From Clostridia bacterium (lineage in GTDB: Bacteria; Bacillota; Clostridia; Oscillospirales; CAG-272), in the NCBI GenBank assembly GCA_017503165.1, contig JAFVTO010000195.1:1-42545 (forward strand): DNA of 42,545 nucleotides. Direction: 5' to 3'. The notes below the pieces were generated by a model. That model searched no databases, was not told the DNA's origin, and saw nothing but the letters and a program-made list of their open reading frames with translations. A program made the translations under genes and the position numbers. Positions 9,443-19,580 of this stretch are shown piece after piece; position 1 is the stretch's first letter, and each line of letters starts with the position of its first letter.

Positions 9443-9878
9443 TTATAGTCTAAACACTCTCTTGATCATGTTCTTCCATGCCGCTTTTCTATATGCCTTA
9501 TATCCCGAACTGTGGAGGCATGCATAATGAAGTCCGTGTTCCTTAAAATCCGCGCCGAAACTATCATGAGAAAGTGTTTTCGCGCGACTGATCTCAAACA
9601 TTCTATTGTGCCTTAAAGCTACATCAATCTCAGCATCACCAATAACAAAATTTGACGTATCAATTTTCCTTAACAGCTCTTGGCCTTTATTGGTTTTTTC
9701 GAAAATAAGTGAGACGCCATTTTTGTTATATGGCTGCGTTCCCGGCTTTGCCCCCTGCATTTTCGTCATTATCAACAAGTATTGCTTCCGCAAGAACCGA
9801 GGCCGCCCCACCCGAAGCCGATTTCTTTAATATCTGATCATCTTTATAATAGCCATATTTAACCTGTACATTTTCAAA
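9443..9878 (-). pseudogene. Remnant of an FrhB/FdhB-like (F420 hydrogenase beta subunit-like) polysaccharide-cluster gene
   Basis: N-terminal-type motif KKSASGGAASVLAEAIL in one frame and C-terminal-type motif GVSLIFEKTNKGQELL in another, within about 430 bp. Confidence 0.6.
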
Positions 9879-11090
9879 TTATCCATTCAAGCTTATGTCT
9901 ATATAACCGCCAGCTTCTTCAATTGAGTGAGGAATATCTTCCCCTCGACAGCCTGATAGTGCCTTTTCCAAGTAATCAGCAGAAGCTCTGCGCAATTCCG
10001 ATAATTTGCCATACACAGACTTATAGTCAATTTCATTTTCGATCGAAAACTCAGGAGCTCCCCACAATGCACTGTTTAACCCAAGCTTGTACAGCAGTTC
10101 AATCATACGCCTTCCGCGAGTGGTGTGTGGAACAGTAATAAACTTTTTCTTGTACAGGATAGAAAAAACAGTTCCGTGAAAAGAGTTTGTAACCACAAAT
10201 TCTGCATTCTTAATATATGACAGAAAACGGTCCGGGGCGTAATCTGAAGCGTTTATTATATTCATGCCGTTAAGCTTAACCGTCTCTGGAGTGCCGTTAA
10301 TAACACGGTATCCACACATATTTCCAACTTGTTGAACAGCCAACCGGATATCCTCAGAGGTTTCAAGTCCGTACACAAATACATACGGCTCTTTCTCCGA
10401 AACATCGCTTTCAATATTCAAGTAGTCGTCAGCATCCAAAAGAAGCGTTGGATCAACGCAGATATGAACATCCCGATCAATAGTTTCAAGTAGCTCCGGC
10501 GTACTTTCACGCAAGGAGACAGCATCTAAGTGCTCACATAATATGTTGATCTTCCTGCATTCATCTTCGGACAGCTTTTTCCCTATACTTACTGCATATG
10601 CAATTTTTCTGATTTCATTTGACCCAAAATTCAAAAAATAAGCTTCGTCAAAATCATGATCCAATAAATCCGGATTCCATAATTGATCGCTTCCCGTAAT
10701 ATAGGCATCCATTTTGGGTGGATGCTTTTGCAGTGCCTTTATCGACTCATATTTAGTTGTAAGATTCAGATAATTTGAAGTAAACCTGTTAAACAATCGG
10801 GAATTAGTGCGATGTGTACCCAGAAGATTCCAATACATACAACGAACAAAACTCTTAGCAAACACCAAGCTCTTTCGGCGTATAGAAGCCCGTTTATGCA
10901 TATTATAATACCACAACGAATACCTGATGGGGTTTTTCCACGGACTATAACGCACTGTATGGTATTTGGGACGGTAATCAATGATCTGAACATCGTGTCC
11001 TTGATTACTCAAATATTTTTGTAACGCATAGCTTTGGAGAACAGCCCCTTGATTATTTACAAAATGAAACGTAATTATTCCAATCTTCAT
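9879..11090 (-). CDS. Polysaccharide pyruvyl transferase family protein
   Basis: MKIGIITFH..N.GAVLQSYAL, ITGSDQLWN, SLRE, VDPTLLL, VVTNSFHGTVFSI. Confidence 0.92.
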   Translation of the reverse strand: MKIGIITFHFVNNQGAVLQSYALQKYLSNQGHDVQIIDYRPKYHTVRYSPWKNPIRYSLWYYNMHKRASIRRKSLVFAKSFVRCMYWNLLGTHRTNSRLFNRFTSNYLNLTTKYESIKALQKHPPKMDAYITGSDQLWNPDLLDHDFDEAYFLNFGSNEIRKIAYAVSIGKKLSEDECRKINILCEHLDAVSLRESTPELLETIDRDVHICVDPTLLLDADDYLNIESDVSEKEPYVFVYGLETSEDIRLAVQQVGNMCGYRVINGTPETVKLNGMNIINASDYAPDRFLSYIKNAEFVVTNSFHGTVFSILYKKKFITVPHTTRGRRMIELLYKLGLNSALWGAPEFSIENEIDYKSVYGKLSELRRASADYLEKALSGCRGEDIPHSIEEAGGYIDISLNG

Positions 11091-11113
11091 CCACTAAAAC
11101 CCCTTCTTAGTTT

Positions 11114-12382
11114 TTATTGAAAATCACCGTTCCTCTTCACAGCCGGAACTGCTGTTATGAACGCAACACAAACAAAATAGAAAATGTAATATGATGCATC
11201 ATACAACGGGTTGCCTGTCACCCCATATAAGAGGAAGAAAATTTGGTAAAACAACGCAAACAAAGCAATTTTCTTTTTATACGTGTCAGTTGTTTTCTTT
11301 TTCAGATAAGACAGTGTTTTTGCAAAAACAATTGCAAATAAGATGAAGAAAACAATTGCACCCACTAATCCGGTTTCACACAATAACTGCAAATAAATAT
11401 TGTGAACATCATAATTCTTTCCATAGAATTTCAATTTGTAAAATTGCTTCCAACCAATCCCCAAAACCGGTTCATCCCGGAATTTTTGTAAAGCAATTCT
11501 CCAAAACTCAACTCTACCGGTAGTCACGTCAACATCTGAATCTCCCAATGAACTCAACGTATCAAACAGTTGATTAATTAACGTTCCTTCAACAAAAAAC
11601 GAAATAATCCAAAGGCACAGAAATATGCTGCATCCTAAGAGCGACATTCCCAGAAAACGTTTCAGCCTTGAAGCCTTCCCCTGGCTTAAATATACAGAAA
11701 AGTAATAGGCTATCAGCAATGCTATCAGGCAGAAGCCAAAGTGAGCACGCTTCCCTGAAAGATACAGCCCGATAATAGACAAAAACAGGAAAATGAATGT
11801 TCTCTGCTTCAAATACGGCTTGTTATCTCTGTATAATATGAATCGGTTAGCCATACCCAAAACCATAAACCCTGCAAAATGTGCATTCTGGCATGTAAAA
11901 CCTATGTTGGATGCACCGCTGATTACAGAATCGTAAAGTCTTGAATAATAATCAATTCCGCTAAATACAGGAAGGAAAATATTTACATATATCCCCGGCA
12001 ACATCCAGCATATAAGCATGCCAATTATTTGAATACATGAAAAAAAATTGATAAGACACGATAGCGTTACAATAAAATCCTCTTTAACTCCGATAGACAC
12101 GATAACAAACAATGCGCTATAGAAAAGCAAATAAGTAATCGATGCACGCGAAGCAATCATTACGAACAAAATCAAAAGCATGATAACCGATAATGAATTT
12201 ATCCGAATTTTATTCTTTAGCAATGCCAACAGCATTAAACCCGCGATCAAGACTCCGTATGCTCTTTCAGTAAGGGTATTTTCAAACATCCAATACCCCC
12301 ACACAGAACAATAAGAAAATGCAAAAAAAAGACACAGTAACACCAGACATTTCAAGCTATCAAACTTTACTATTTTTCTCAT
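11114..12382 (-). CDS. wzy: O-antigen polymerase/ligase family membrane protein (Wzy_C)
   Basis: About 10-12 hydrophobic segments, LSGKR, TGRVEFW, P.LGIG, VHNIYLQLLCETGLVG. Confidence 0.8.
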   Translation of the reverse strand: MRKIVKFDSLKCLVLLCLFFAFSYCSVWGYWMFENTLTERAYGVLIAGLMLLALLKNKIRINSLSVIMLLILFVMIASRASITYLLFYSALFVIVSIGVKEDFIVTLSCLINFFSCIQIIGMLICWMLPGIYVNIFLPVFSGIDYYSRLYDSVISGASNIGFTCQNAHFAGFMVLGMANRFILYRDNKPYLKQRTFIFLFLSIIGLYLSGKRAHFGFCLIALLIAYYFSVYLSQGKASRLKRFLGMSLLGCSIFLCLWIISFFVEGTLINQLFDTLSSLGDSDVDVTTGRVEFWRIALQKFRDEPVLGIGWKQFYKLKFYGKNYDVHNIYLQLLCETGLVGAIVFFILFAIVFAKTLSYLKKKTTDTYKKKIALFALFYQIFFLLYGVTGNPLYDASYYIFYFVCVAFITAVPAVKRNGDFQ

Positions 12383-13350
12383 CTTGGGCTCATCCCTATC
12401 CTCTTACGCAACATCGTTGTACATGTAGGCGATATTTTAAACAATAACCACTTTAATTTTTGCTTAGTAGACAATGACTTATGCAAACCTTTACTCAAAC
12501 ATAAACGCAACCAGCTACGGTAATTTTCTTTGATTTTCTTTTTATATTCCCGCTTATCTTCGCCATGATATGTTAATTCCAACTTGTTATAAGCCAGAAT
12601 AGCAGAATTAACACCCATAATAGACTGAACAGCGGCAAATTCGACTTGCCTCTTTAACATAAAATCATAGATATAATCGTTGGCTTTTAATATATCCATG
12701 GTTCAGTGTGTAAATGGAGAATTACACAGACTTGTTGGATTGGTAAAATAATTATAATACGCATTTCCCACCGTACATGTTCTTTGGGCATTATAATATA
12801 ACTGTGTCAAAATGCATTGATCTTCACTGAGATACATCATGGGAAACTCAACACCGTCAAAAAGAGCTTTCTTAAAAACCTTATTACACAAATAGTTTGT
12901 AACATTTTTTTGGTAAATGTAATGCTTCAAGCAATTAATCCCCTCTTGCCGGTCACATTGTAATTTATGAATTACTTTGTTATTATCCCATACGGTGTAA
13001 TAACCGTATTCGATTATGTCTATTTCCTGTTCGCACAAGGGAACAATCTCTTCAAACAGACCTTCTTCCAATGAATCGTCCGCATCTACAAAAGAAATAT
13101 AGTCTCCCGTAGCGAGAGCTAAACCCGCTTGACGGGCAATTGACGGGCCTTGATTCTCCTGCAACTTATAAATAATCCTTTGATCCTCTTCAGCCAATTT
13201 TGTACACATAGTACCGGAATTATCCTTCGATCCGTCGTTAATCAGAACTATTTCCAAATCCCGGTAATTCTGATTGATAATCGAACGAACACAACGCTCA
13301 ATATACATTTCTGCATTGTACACAGGAATAATTATACTGAACTTTATCAT
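12379..13350 (-). pseudogene. GT2 glycosyltransferase interrupted by an in-frame TGA (12703-12705)
   Basis: SIIIPVYN, INDGSKD and FVDADD motifs; ORFs 12703..13350 and 12379..12699 are in the same frame, joined as CAC TGA ACC ATG. Confidence 0.75.
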
Positions 13351-13351
13351 T

Positions 13352-14149
13352 CTACCTTCCTCGATTCTTGCGAATTATTTTCTTAGCTGTCGCTACTATT
13401 GCTTTCATTGTGCCATGGTATGCTTTTTTAGCTTTATAGTATGAAATTACAGAAGCAATTTTGTATGGGTATTTTTTTACATACTTCATCCGCAATTGAA
13501 AGTAGTATTTCTGTTCCTCTGTGCACCAAGATGCACCGTAATGATGTATTGAAACAGTATTTTCCGTTAACTGCATCTCAAATGTGATTGGATCCTTAGG
13601 ACAAAAATATTCTGTAGGATATATCATGAATCCATCTATCTCTTGCGCAATATTTCGATTAATAAACCCGTGCTCTTTGAAGTATTTTGTGGTTCGCTCA
13701 CATACAGTATACACATTAAGCTCCCCATTCACTAAAATGAAACAATCATTCTCATATGAATTCAGCATCCACTTACAGTATTCATTACCGCTCTCGCACC
13801 CCATTATCAAACCGGTGTTAATACTATTAGCATTTTCCAATGCGAGGAAAGGATGCTCAAGTAATCCTTCTAACGGTTTTATGATTTCAACATCTGTGTC
13901 CAAATAAATTCCACCGAACTTATCTAATATTGCATGACGCACATAATCGGAGACAAACGCCCACTTTTTCGCATCATATGCTTCTCGCACATACTGACAC
14001 GAGTTACCTATATCAAAATTGTCCTCATTCCACTCTATTATCTCAAAATCAGGGCAATATTTCCTCCAGCTCTCAATACAATCAAGGATTAATTTACTTT
14101 TTTCCCCTTTTCCAAACCAACAGTAGTGAATTGTTCTCGGAATCATCAC
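13352..14149 (-). CDS. GT32 / Gly_transf_sug glycosyltransferase
   Basis: IPRTIHYCWFG, WAFVSDYVR, GGIYLDTDVE (DxD), IHHYGASW. Confidence 0.92.
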   Translation of the reverse strand: MMIPRTIHYCWFGKGEKSKLILDCIESWRKYCPDFEIIEWNEDNFDIGNSCQYVREAYDAKKWAFVSDYVRHAILDKFGGIYLDTDVEIIKPLEGLLEHPFLALENANSINTGLIMGCESGNEYCKWMLNSYENDCFILVNGELNVYTVCERTTKYFKEHGFINRNIAQEIDGFMIYPTEYFCPKDPITFEMQLTENTVSIHHYGASWCTEEQKYYFQLRMKYVKKYPYKIASVISYYKAKKAYHGTMKAIVATAKKIIRKNRGR

Positions 14150-15012
14150 TTTAAATCTCCTGTATTCTCAAATGCTTTTGGGAATTTCATCTGCTCATAG
14201 ATTTTTGCGTCAACCAACAACCTGTAATAAAGGTGGTATAGAAAAGAGTATATGAACCCCTCTTTCCCATTCAGACAATTACCTTTCAGAAAATACGCAT
14301 AACAGAAATACGCCCAGCATCGCCAAAACATGGGAGCCTTATAATACTTAGTCTTTTTACTTCTCTTCTTGCTTATCTTAGAATTTGAAGCATTGAATTC
14401 TGTATCCGGAAATCTATCTTCCATATAATCCTGCATTTCACGGGTAGCATACCAGTTCAATTTCTTCACATAGGTATTCAAATCTTTGAAATCGTAATGC
14501 AGAAATTTTTCTTCAATAGAGATAGATTCTCCACAGGATAACACAGTATGTTCATCCATCTTTCGATCTTCGATGCGACCGATTCCGGTCTTAAACACCA
14601 TCAATTTTCTTTTTCTTCCACCGCCATGAGTAAGTTTTCTTCCCATGAAAAAGAGCCATGCTTCTAACGTAAATCCGTTGACATCGTCATTTTCGTGTTC
14701 TGAACATTCTTTTTCCAATCTGCTGCAAAGCTCAGGTGTAAACCTCTCGTCAGCATCCAAACGAAGTGTCCACTTGGTTGATATACCCGTATTATCTATA
14801 GCCCAGTTAAACTGACGGGCATAGTTTTCAAAAGGATGTGAATATACGTCGACAAAATCCAACGACGATGCGATTTCGACTGTTTTATCGTCACTACCAC
14901 TGTCAACTACCACTGCCCTCTTCGCAAAACCTTCTATTGATTTCAAACATTCTTCAATATTCTGTTCTTCATTTTTAGTCAGAATAATTGCTGTCAAATC
15001 AGTCATTTTCAC
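14146..15012 (-). CDS. GT2 family glycosyltransferase
   Basis: IILTKNEE, VDSGSDDKT, LRLDADE, MDEH; true start may be the ATG at 15006. Confidence 0.9.
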   Translation of the reverse strand: MKMTDLTAIILTKNEEQNIEECLKSIEGFAKRAVVVDSGSDDKTVEIASSLDFVDVYSHPFENYARQFNWAIDNTGISTKWTLRLDADERFTPELCSRLEKECSEHENDDVNGFTLEAWLFFMGRKLTHGGGRKRKLMVFKTGIGRIEDRKMDEHTVLSCGESISIEEKFLHYDFKDLNTYVKKLNWYATREMQDYMEDRFPDTEFNASNSKISKKRSKKTKYYKAPMFWRCWAYFCYAYFLKGNCLNGKEGFIYSFLYHLYYRLLVDAKIYEQMKFPKAFENTGDLK

Positions 15013-15154
15013 AACCCCTTATATTACGTTTCCTTTTCCCCATTTCCCTTTTATAATTCATTGCGAGATGCACTACTAAAGAAATGAGATCAGCTAACAA
15101 AAGAGTAATCCCTACTTTGCCTAAAAAGAAGGCGTGAGACATTCTTCTATACGA

Positions 15155-15448
15155 TTACTTTTTATCATCGGTAGAAACATTCTTAACAGAAAGTCCTTCC
15201 AGCTTTCCGACATACATCGCAATCCAACCAATAAGAATTGCCAACGAACCGATGACGATCACCACAGGATAATACCGTTTATACAAGAAAACAGATATCG
15301 TTTCTCCAAGTGTGCCACCGATAATTATTGCAAAGATAAACGGAATAATCGGAAGAAATCCTGCAAAAAAAGAGATCGACATCATTATTCCATAGATTTT
15401 ATTGAGTACATTAAATATCTTCTGACGCATTTTCGTTACCTTTCTCAT
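15155..15448 (-). CDS. Small hydrophobic membrane protein (possible partner of the TRAP-like permease)
   Basis: 97 aa, 2-3 hydrophobic segments, start overlaps the upstream stop. Confidence 0.65.
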   Translation of the reverse strand: MRKVTKMRQKIFNVLNKIYGIMMSISFFAGFLPIIPFIFAIIIGGTLGETISVFLYKRYYPVVIVIGSLAILIGWIAMYVGKLEGLSVKNVSTDDKK

Positions 15449-16806
15449 CTAATCAGTCCCCATATGGGAAGCAGTTCAAGCAAAATAACTACTGACAATA
15501 AATAGTGTAGCAAAACCCATATCATACAGTTCATAAGCGTCGGTTTCAATTTCGACTGCGCAATGCCCATACCGGTGTATACACAGGCACAGTAAGGGGG
15601 GGTTACCCCATGCATAGCTCCACAGATACACGGAAGCATCGCGGCAACAAGCATCGGATTGCTTCCCGCCGCTGCCATAATGGAAATTATGATTCCACCA
15701 AATATCTTAACCTGTGTAGAACCGGGCAAAAGCATACCAAGAATCGCCATAAAAAGCGGAATCAGGAAACTCAGTGTCACATGGCTCATGTTAAATGAAC
15801 TTATAAATTCACCGATCGCAACTTCCACGTTGAGGTCCTCAAAAACGTTACTTACAAAATAAGCAAACAACACCAGCACCGAGGTAGGAACAACCTTGAG
15901 CATTCCGTCCCGAATATATCCGTACATAGCGAAAGGAGTCATCTTATGCGCTGTTTCTTTTCCGGACAATACAATACCAAATATCACTATCAAAGATGGT
16001 ATAAACAAAAGAATACTGTTATTGAATGCACTTGCTCCGGCTCCAAGACGCGAAACAAAAAATGCTTCAAATTTACTTGTCAAAAAGAACGGAAGGAATA
16101 CAATAATTGGGAGAAAAATCGCTTTCCAACCCTTCTTGAGAGAATCTTTGAAACCAGGAATGTCCTCTTTTTTCATAGGCTCAACTTTGTAGTAACAACA
16201 CATGAAATACAAAGTTATTATACGCTGAAGAATAAACCAAAGCGCAACTCCCCAAAGCAGCATCCAATACTGTGACATCGTGTAGGTATGTGGATAAAGT
16301 GCGTCCAATGCTGCAAATGCAATACCGATCATACCCGCAGGAGGAATCATATTTCCCATTGTACTGGAATGCGCCTCGACATTTGCAGCCAAATGCGGCG
16401 GGAAACCGGAACGTATCATAGCAGGTATGGTGAAAACACCGGTTGTTGCTACATTGCCGGGACCGGAGCCGGAAAGAGAACCCATATAAGAGCTTCCGAT
16501 AATAGAAACAAAACCTGCCCCACCGCGCAATCTGCCGAAAATCGAAAGAATAATCGCAATACAATCGTCAATAACACTTGTTTTTGACAAGAGGTGCGCT
16601 GATATTACGAATACAAATATCACGTACAGGGAAGTCTGTTTTAAGGCATCCCAAATGTATGTGCCGATATTTGCCCATGTACCGCTTACAAGAACCAGTA
16701 CTACAAAAGCAACAAGCATACATTCATACAAGGGACGTTTCAATATGGTAAAACCGATGATGGCTACCACGAAAACAACCGCTAGGTAGATAATTTCAAT
16801 TGGCAT
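15445..16806 (-). CDS. TRAP transporter large permease (DctM-like)
   Basis: About 12 TM segments; GRLRGG, GSLSGSGPGN, IPAMIRSGFP, MGNMIPP, VTPP motifs. Confidence 0.8.
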   Translation of the reverse strand: MPIEIIYLAVVFVVAIIGFTILKRPLYECMLVAFVVLVLVSGTWANIGTYIWDALKQTSLYVIFVFVISAHLLSKTSVIDDCIAIILSIFGRLRGGAGFVSIIGSSYMGSLSGSGPGNVATTGVFTIPAMIRSGFPPHLAANVEAHSSTMGNMIPPAGMIGIAFAALDALYPHTYTMSQYWMLLWGVALWFILQRIITLYFMCCYYKVEPMKKEDIPGFKDSLKKGWKAIFLPIIVFLPFFLTSKFEAFFVSRLGAGASAFNNSILLFIPSLIVIFGIVLSGKETAHKMTPFAMYGYIRDGMLKVVPTSVLVLFAYFVSNVFEDLNVEVAIGEFISSFNMSHVTLSFLIPLFMAILGMLLPGSTQVKIFGGIIISIMAAAGSNPMLVAAMLPCICGAMHGVTPPYCACVYTGMGIAQSKLKPTLMNCMIWVLLHYLLSVVILLELLPIWGLIR

Positions 16807-16856
16807 ATAGTTTTCCTTTCAAAAATCGTAAATTTCTAAGCAATCATAGAAACATA

Positions 16857-18023
16857 TTAATGCTTTCGCTTCTCCATATCCTTTTTGTAGGTCATTACAT
16901 GTTCAATTGCATAACTAAAGAATGGGATGGGATCCGCCCACGAAAAGATATAATCCTTCTGTTTGAAACAGTAAAACCAATTTGGCTTTGCCTTCCATCT
17001 CTCGGGATTTTTAATAAACCACATTATGTCAGTGTGGAAATAGCGAAGAGCCAGGTTCTTGGGAATCGGTTTAGTCATAGGCTTCAGTTCGACGCCGTAT
17101 GCCAAATCAAGCATATTCTTCACAGGCTCCGTTCCCGCCCATTCGCAAATCTTTATACTTGCCGGAATTCGTCCATTGATTTCCATGACCTTCGGGGTAT
17201 TGTCGCGCGGATCCATGATAAAGCCGATATGTCCGAAGCTTCTCCATTCCAGAGCTTGCAACAGTCTGTTCGAGCTATCAATCATCACCGGGTGATCAAT
17301 GGTTCGAATATAGCAGCCTGGACCGCCATCAATCGGAAACCATCTGCGGGATTCCACAACTAAAGTTGCTTGGGGTTTATGGTTTTCGTCCATCATAACA
17401 TATCCGCCGTATTGATACCCCCCCTTAGGGATCAATTCTTGAATAACGTATTCTTCGGGAATGATAGTACCGTCAATCAAGTATTTATCAAGCTCTTCGC
17501 GGTTCATGATCCGCTTAAATCCTGCTCCGCCACTTCCCTTACGCGGTTTAGCACAAATCGGAAAATCTACCTTTTCAAGGAACTCATCCATTGTTTCATC
17601 ATCCATTTTGGTGATAGGACAAGGAATGTTGTTTTCCATACAAACCTTCATCGTTTGCTGCTTGTCATAAGCCTTCATAAACGAATCTCGTGAAGAAGCA
17701 ATGATTTTCAGATCAGGATATCGATCTTGAATAATGCCATCAATACAAATATCTGTTGCACGCTCGAGAATAGGGAAAAGAATATCATACCCGTTTTCCA
17801 ATTCTTTCTCAATTGCCTGTCTATAGATTGTATTGTTTTCTCTGATTCCGGGTACAACAACTCGTTTGGACGGATATCTCGATGTATAGCCAACATCAAG
17901 TTTCGACTCGCATATAGTAGTGATCTTACAGCCCAGTTTTTTCAACTGATGAAGCAAACTGGGAACTTGACGCCCATACCCATCCAATAAGAGAACTTTC
18001 TTTCCAGTATAATTCATAATCAC
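16857..18023 (-). CDS. ATP-grasp carboxylate-amine ligase family protein
   Basis: DKQQT, FPICAKPRKGSGGAG, VIQELIP, VMEINGR. Confidence 0.85.
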   Translation of the reverse strand: MIMNYTGKKVLLLDGYGRQVPSLLHQLKKLGCKITTICESKLDVGYTSRYPSKRVVVPGIRENNTIYRQAIEKELENGYDILFPILERATDICIDGIIQDRYPDLKIIASSRDSFMKAYDKQQTMKVCMENNIPCPITKMDDETMDEFLEKVDFPICAKPRKGSGGAGFKRIMNREELDKYLIDGTIIPEEYVIQELIPKGGYQYGGYVMMDENHKPQATLVVESRRWFPIDGGPGCYIRTIDHPVMIDSSNRLLQALEWRSFGHIGFIMDPRDNTPKVMEINGRIPASIKICEWAGTEPVKNMLDLAYGVELKPMTKPIPKNLALRYFHTDIMWFIKNPERWKAKPNWFYCFKQKDYIFSWADPIPFFSYAIEHVMTYKKDMEKRKH

Positions 18024-18880
18024 TCGCTCCTAAGCGGATGAACCGCTTTACTCAATAAATATGTCTTTTCATTCTTACCAAGGATTCCCTTGATAGCCGC
18101 ATAACCACAGTTGACCAACCACCGCGGTAGCCTGATCACGATCCGCGCCCGGCCTTCTGCTTTTTCAGCCTTTATATAATCAGGCGTAAACATTCTATCG
18201 GTATCTTTGATAATCCGAATATCATTCTTGGGTTCAGTCTTACACCAATCAACCATAGCGGCAACAGCATTCCGGATGCTCAGAATCTCATACTCTGTGC
18301 CTTTACCTATCTGATATGCGATATTCGGATACTTCAGATAGTAACGCTTCTGAATATCGCGTTTGATCTCCTCCGTGTAAACAGGACTAAAACGGAAGAT
18401 GCCGTAATGCTTGAGTTTCTTGCACTCTTCCTCTGCCATAGCCTTACTCTTAGCATACAAGCTCACAGGGTGAACCTCAGTATCGCCATTGACCGTATTC
18501 TTCCCATCATAAAACCCAAACACATCAACTGTACTGATTTGCAGAACAGGGCGATCCCCGGCGGTCTCAAATACGTTCCTGGCGCATTCAACATTAAGAT
18601 GGTAATAATCATCCCAAGAATACTTTTTCCCATTAACAGTATGAGCTAAAGCTGCCAAATGTATTATACGGTCAATTCTGTTATTTTCAATAATATCAAG
18701 AAGAGCTTTTCTGTCCGAAAGATCTACCTTATAATGGCTGTATCCATCCGACACCACTGTACCATCTCTGAAATCTACACCGTATACGGTAAAACCGGCA
18801 TTTAACAATCCATTTACGGTTTCTGAACCGATCATACCGGATGCGCCTGTTATCAAAACTGTTATTTTTCCGTCATTCAT
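18020..18880 (-). CDS. NAD-dependent epimerase/dehydratase family protein
   Basis: LITGASGMIG, IIHLAALAH, YAKSK (YxxxK). Confidence 0.85.
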   Translation of the reverse strand: MNDGKITVLITGASGMIGSETVNGLLNAGFTVYGVDFRDGTVVSDGYSHYKVDLSDRKALLDIIENNRIDRIIHLAALAHTVNGKKYSWDDYYHLNVECARNVFETAGDRPVLQISTVDVFGFYDGKNTVNGDTEVHPVSLYAKSKAMAEEECKKLKHYGIFRFSPVYTEEIKRDIQKRYYLKYPNIAYQIGKGTEYEILSIRNAVAAMVDWCKTEPKNDIRIIKDTDRMFTPDYIKAEKAEGRARIVIRLPRWLVNCGYAAIKGILGKNEKTYLLSKAVHPLRSE

Positions 18881-19578
18881 ACAGGAACCTCTTGGAATTC
18901 ATGGTTTTCCTCAACACTAACACATCCAACTAATTCGTTGAAGATTTTTTTCGGTTCTTTTTTTACAACAGAATACAAAATACAAACCAGCGTGTACCAG
19001 ATCATCTTAATATCATATCCGGTACTCATATGCAATGGATAGTAAGCCTCAAGCTCAAGTCTTGTCGGCAAAACGAGTTTTGTATACTCATCCGGATCCT
19101 CCACTGTATCACCGTATATGTAATCATAAAGAGCTGCCGGTCCGGTCAACCCGGGTTTTACAGTAGATGCAACGTTGTATTTGCCTGCACGCATGATTTC
19201 TACTTGATCTTTTGCCGCTGGACGTGGACCCACAATTGACATAGAACCGAAAAGGATGTTAATAAGCTGAGGCAGTTCGTCTATTTTCAGTCTTCTGATA
19301 ATCTCGCCAAACGGGAAGATCCTATTTACGTCCGCCTTAAAACTAACCTCGCTCTTTTCACTTTCCTTCTTGGGAACTCTCATGCTACGAAATTTCCACA
19401 TATAAAATTCCCTGTTATCCTTACCTATACGCGTCGCCTTATAAAAAATTGGTCCTGGATCGGATATCAAAATCCCGATGATTGTAATGAGCCAGATCGG
19501 AAAAGTTACAATAAGACCAAAAAAAGAGGCGAGTATATCAAATAAGCGTTTGATAAAGAAATATACTTTTCTTTTCAT
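18877..19578 (-). CDS. Priming sugar (phosphoglycosyl) transferase, Bac_transf family
   Basis: IKRLFDI, KFRSM, KIDELPQL.NIL.G.MSIVGPRP, KPGLTG; ATG at 19578 preferred over 19602. Confidence 0.93.
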   Translation of the reverse strand: MKRKVYFFIKRLFDILASFFGLIVTFPIWLITIIGILISDPGPIFYKATRIGKDNREFYMWKFRSMRVPKKESEKSEVSFKADVNRIFPFGEIIRRLKIDELPQLINILFGSMSIVGPRPAAKDQVEIMRAGKYNVASTVKPGLTGPAALYDYIYGDTVEDPDEYTKLVLPTRLELEAYYPLHMSTGYDIKMIWYTLVCILYSVVKKEPKKIFNELVGCVSVEENHEFQEVPV

Positions 19579-19580
19579 TG

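Noticed and set aside
12703-12705. TGA recoding (selenocysteine or alternative genetic code)
   Set aside because: TGA ends many intact genes in the window, and no SECIS-like context was recognised.
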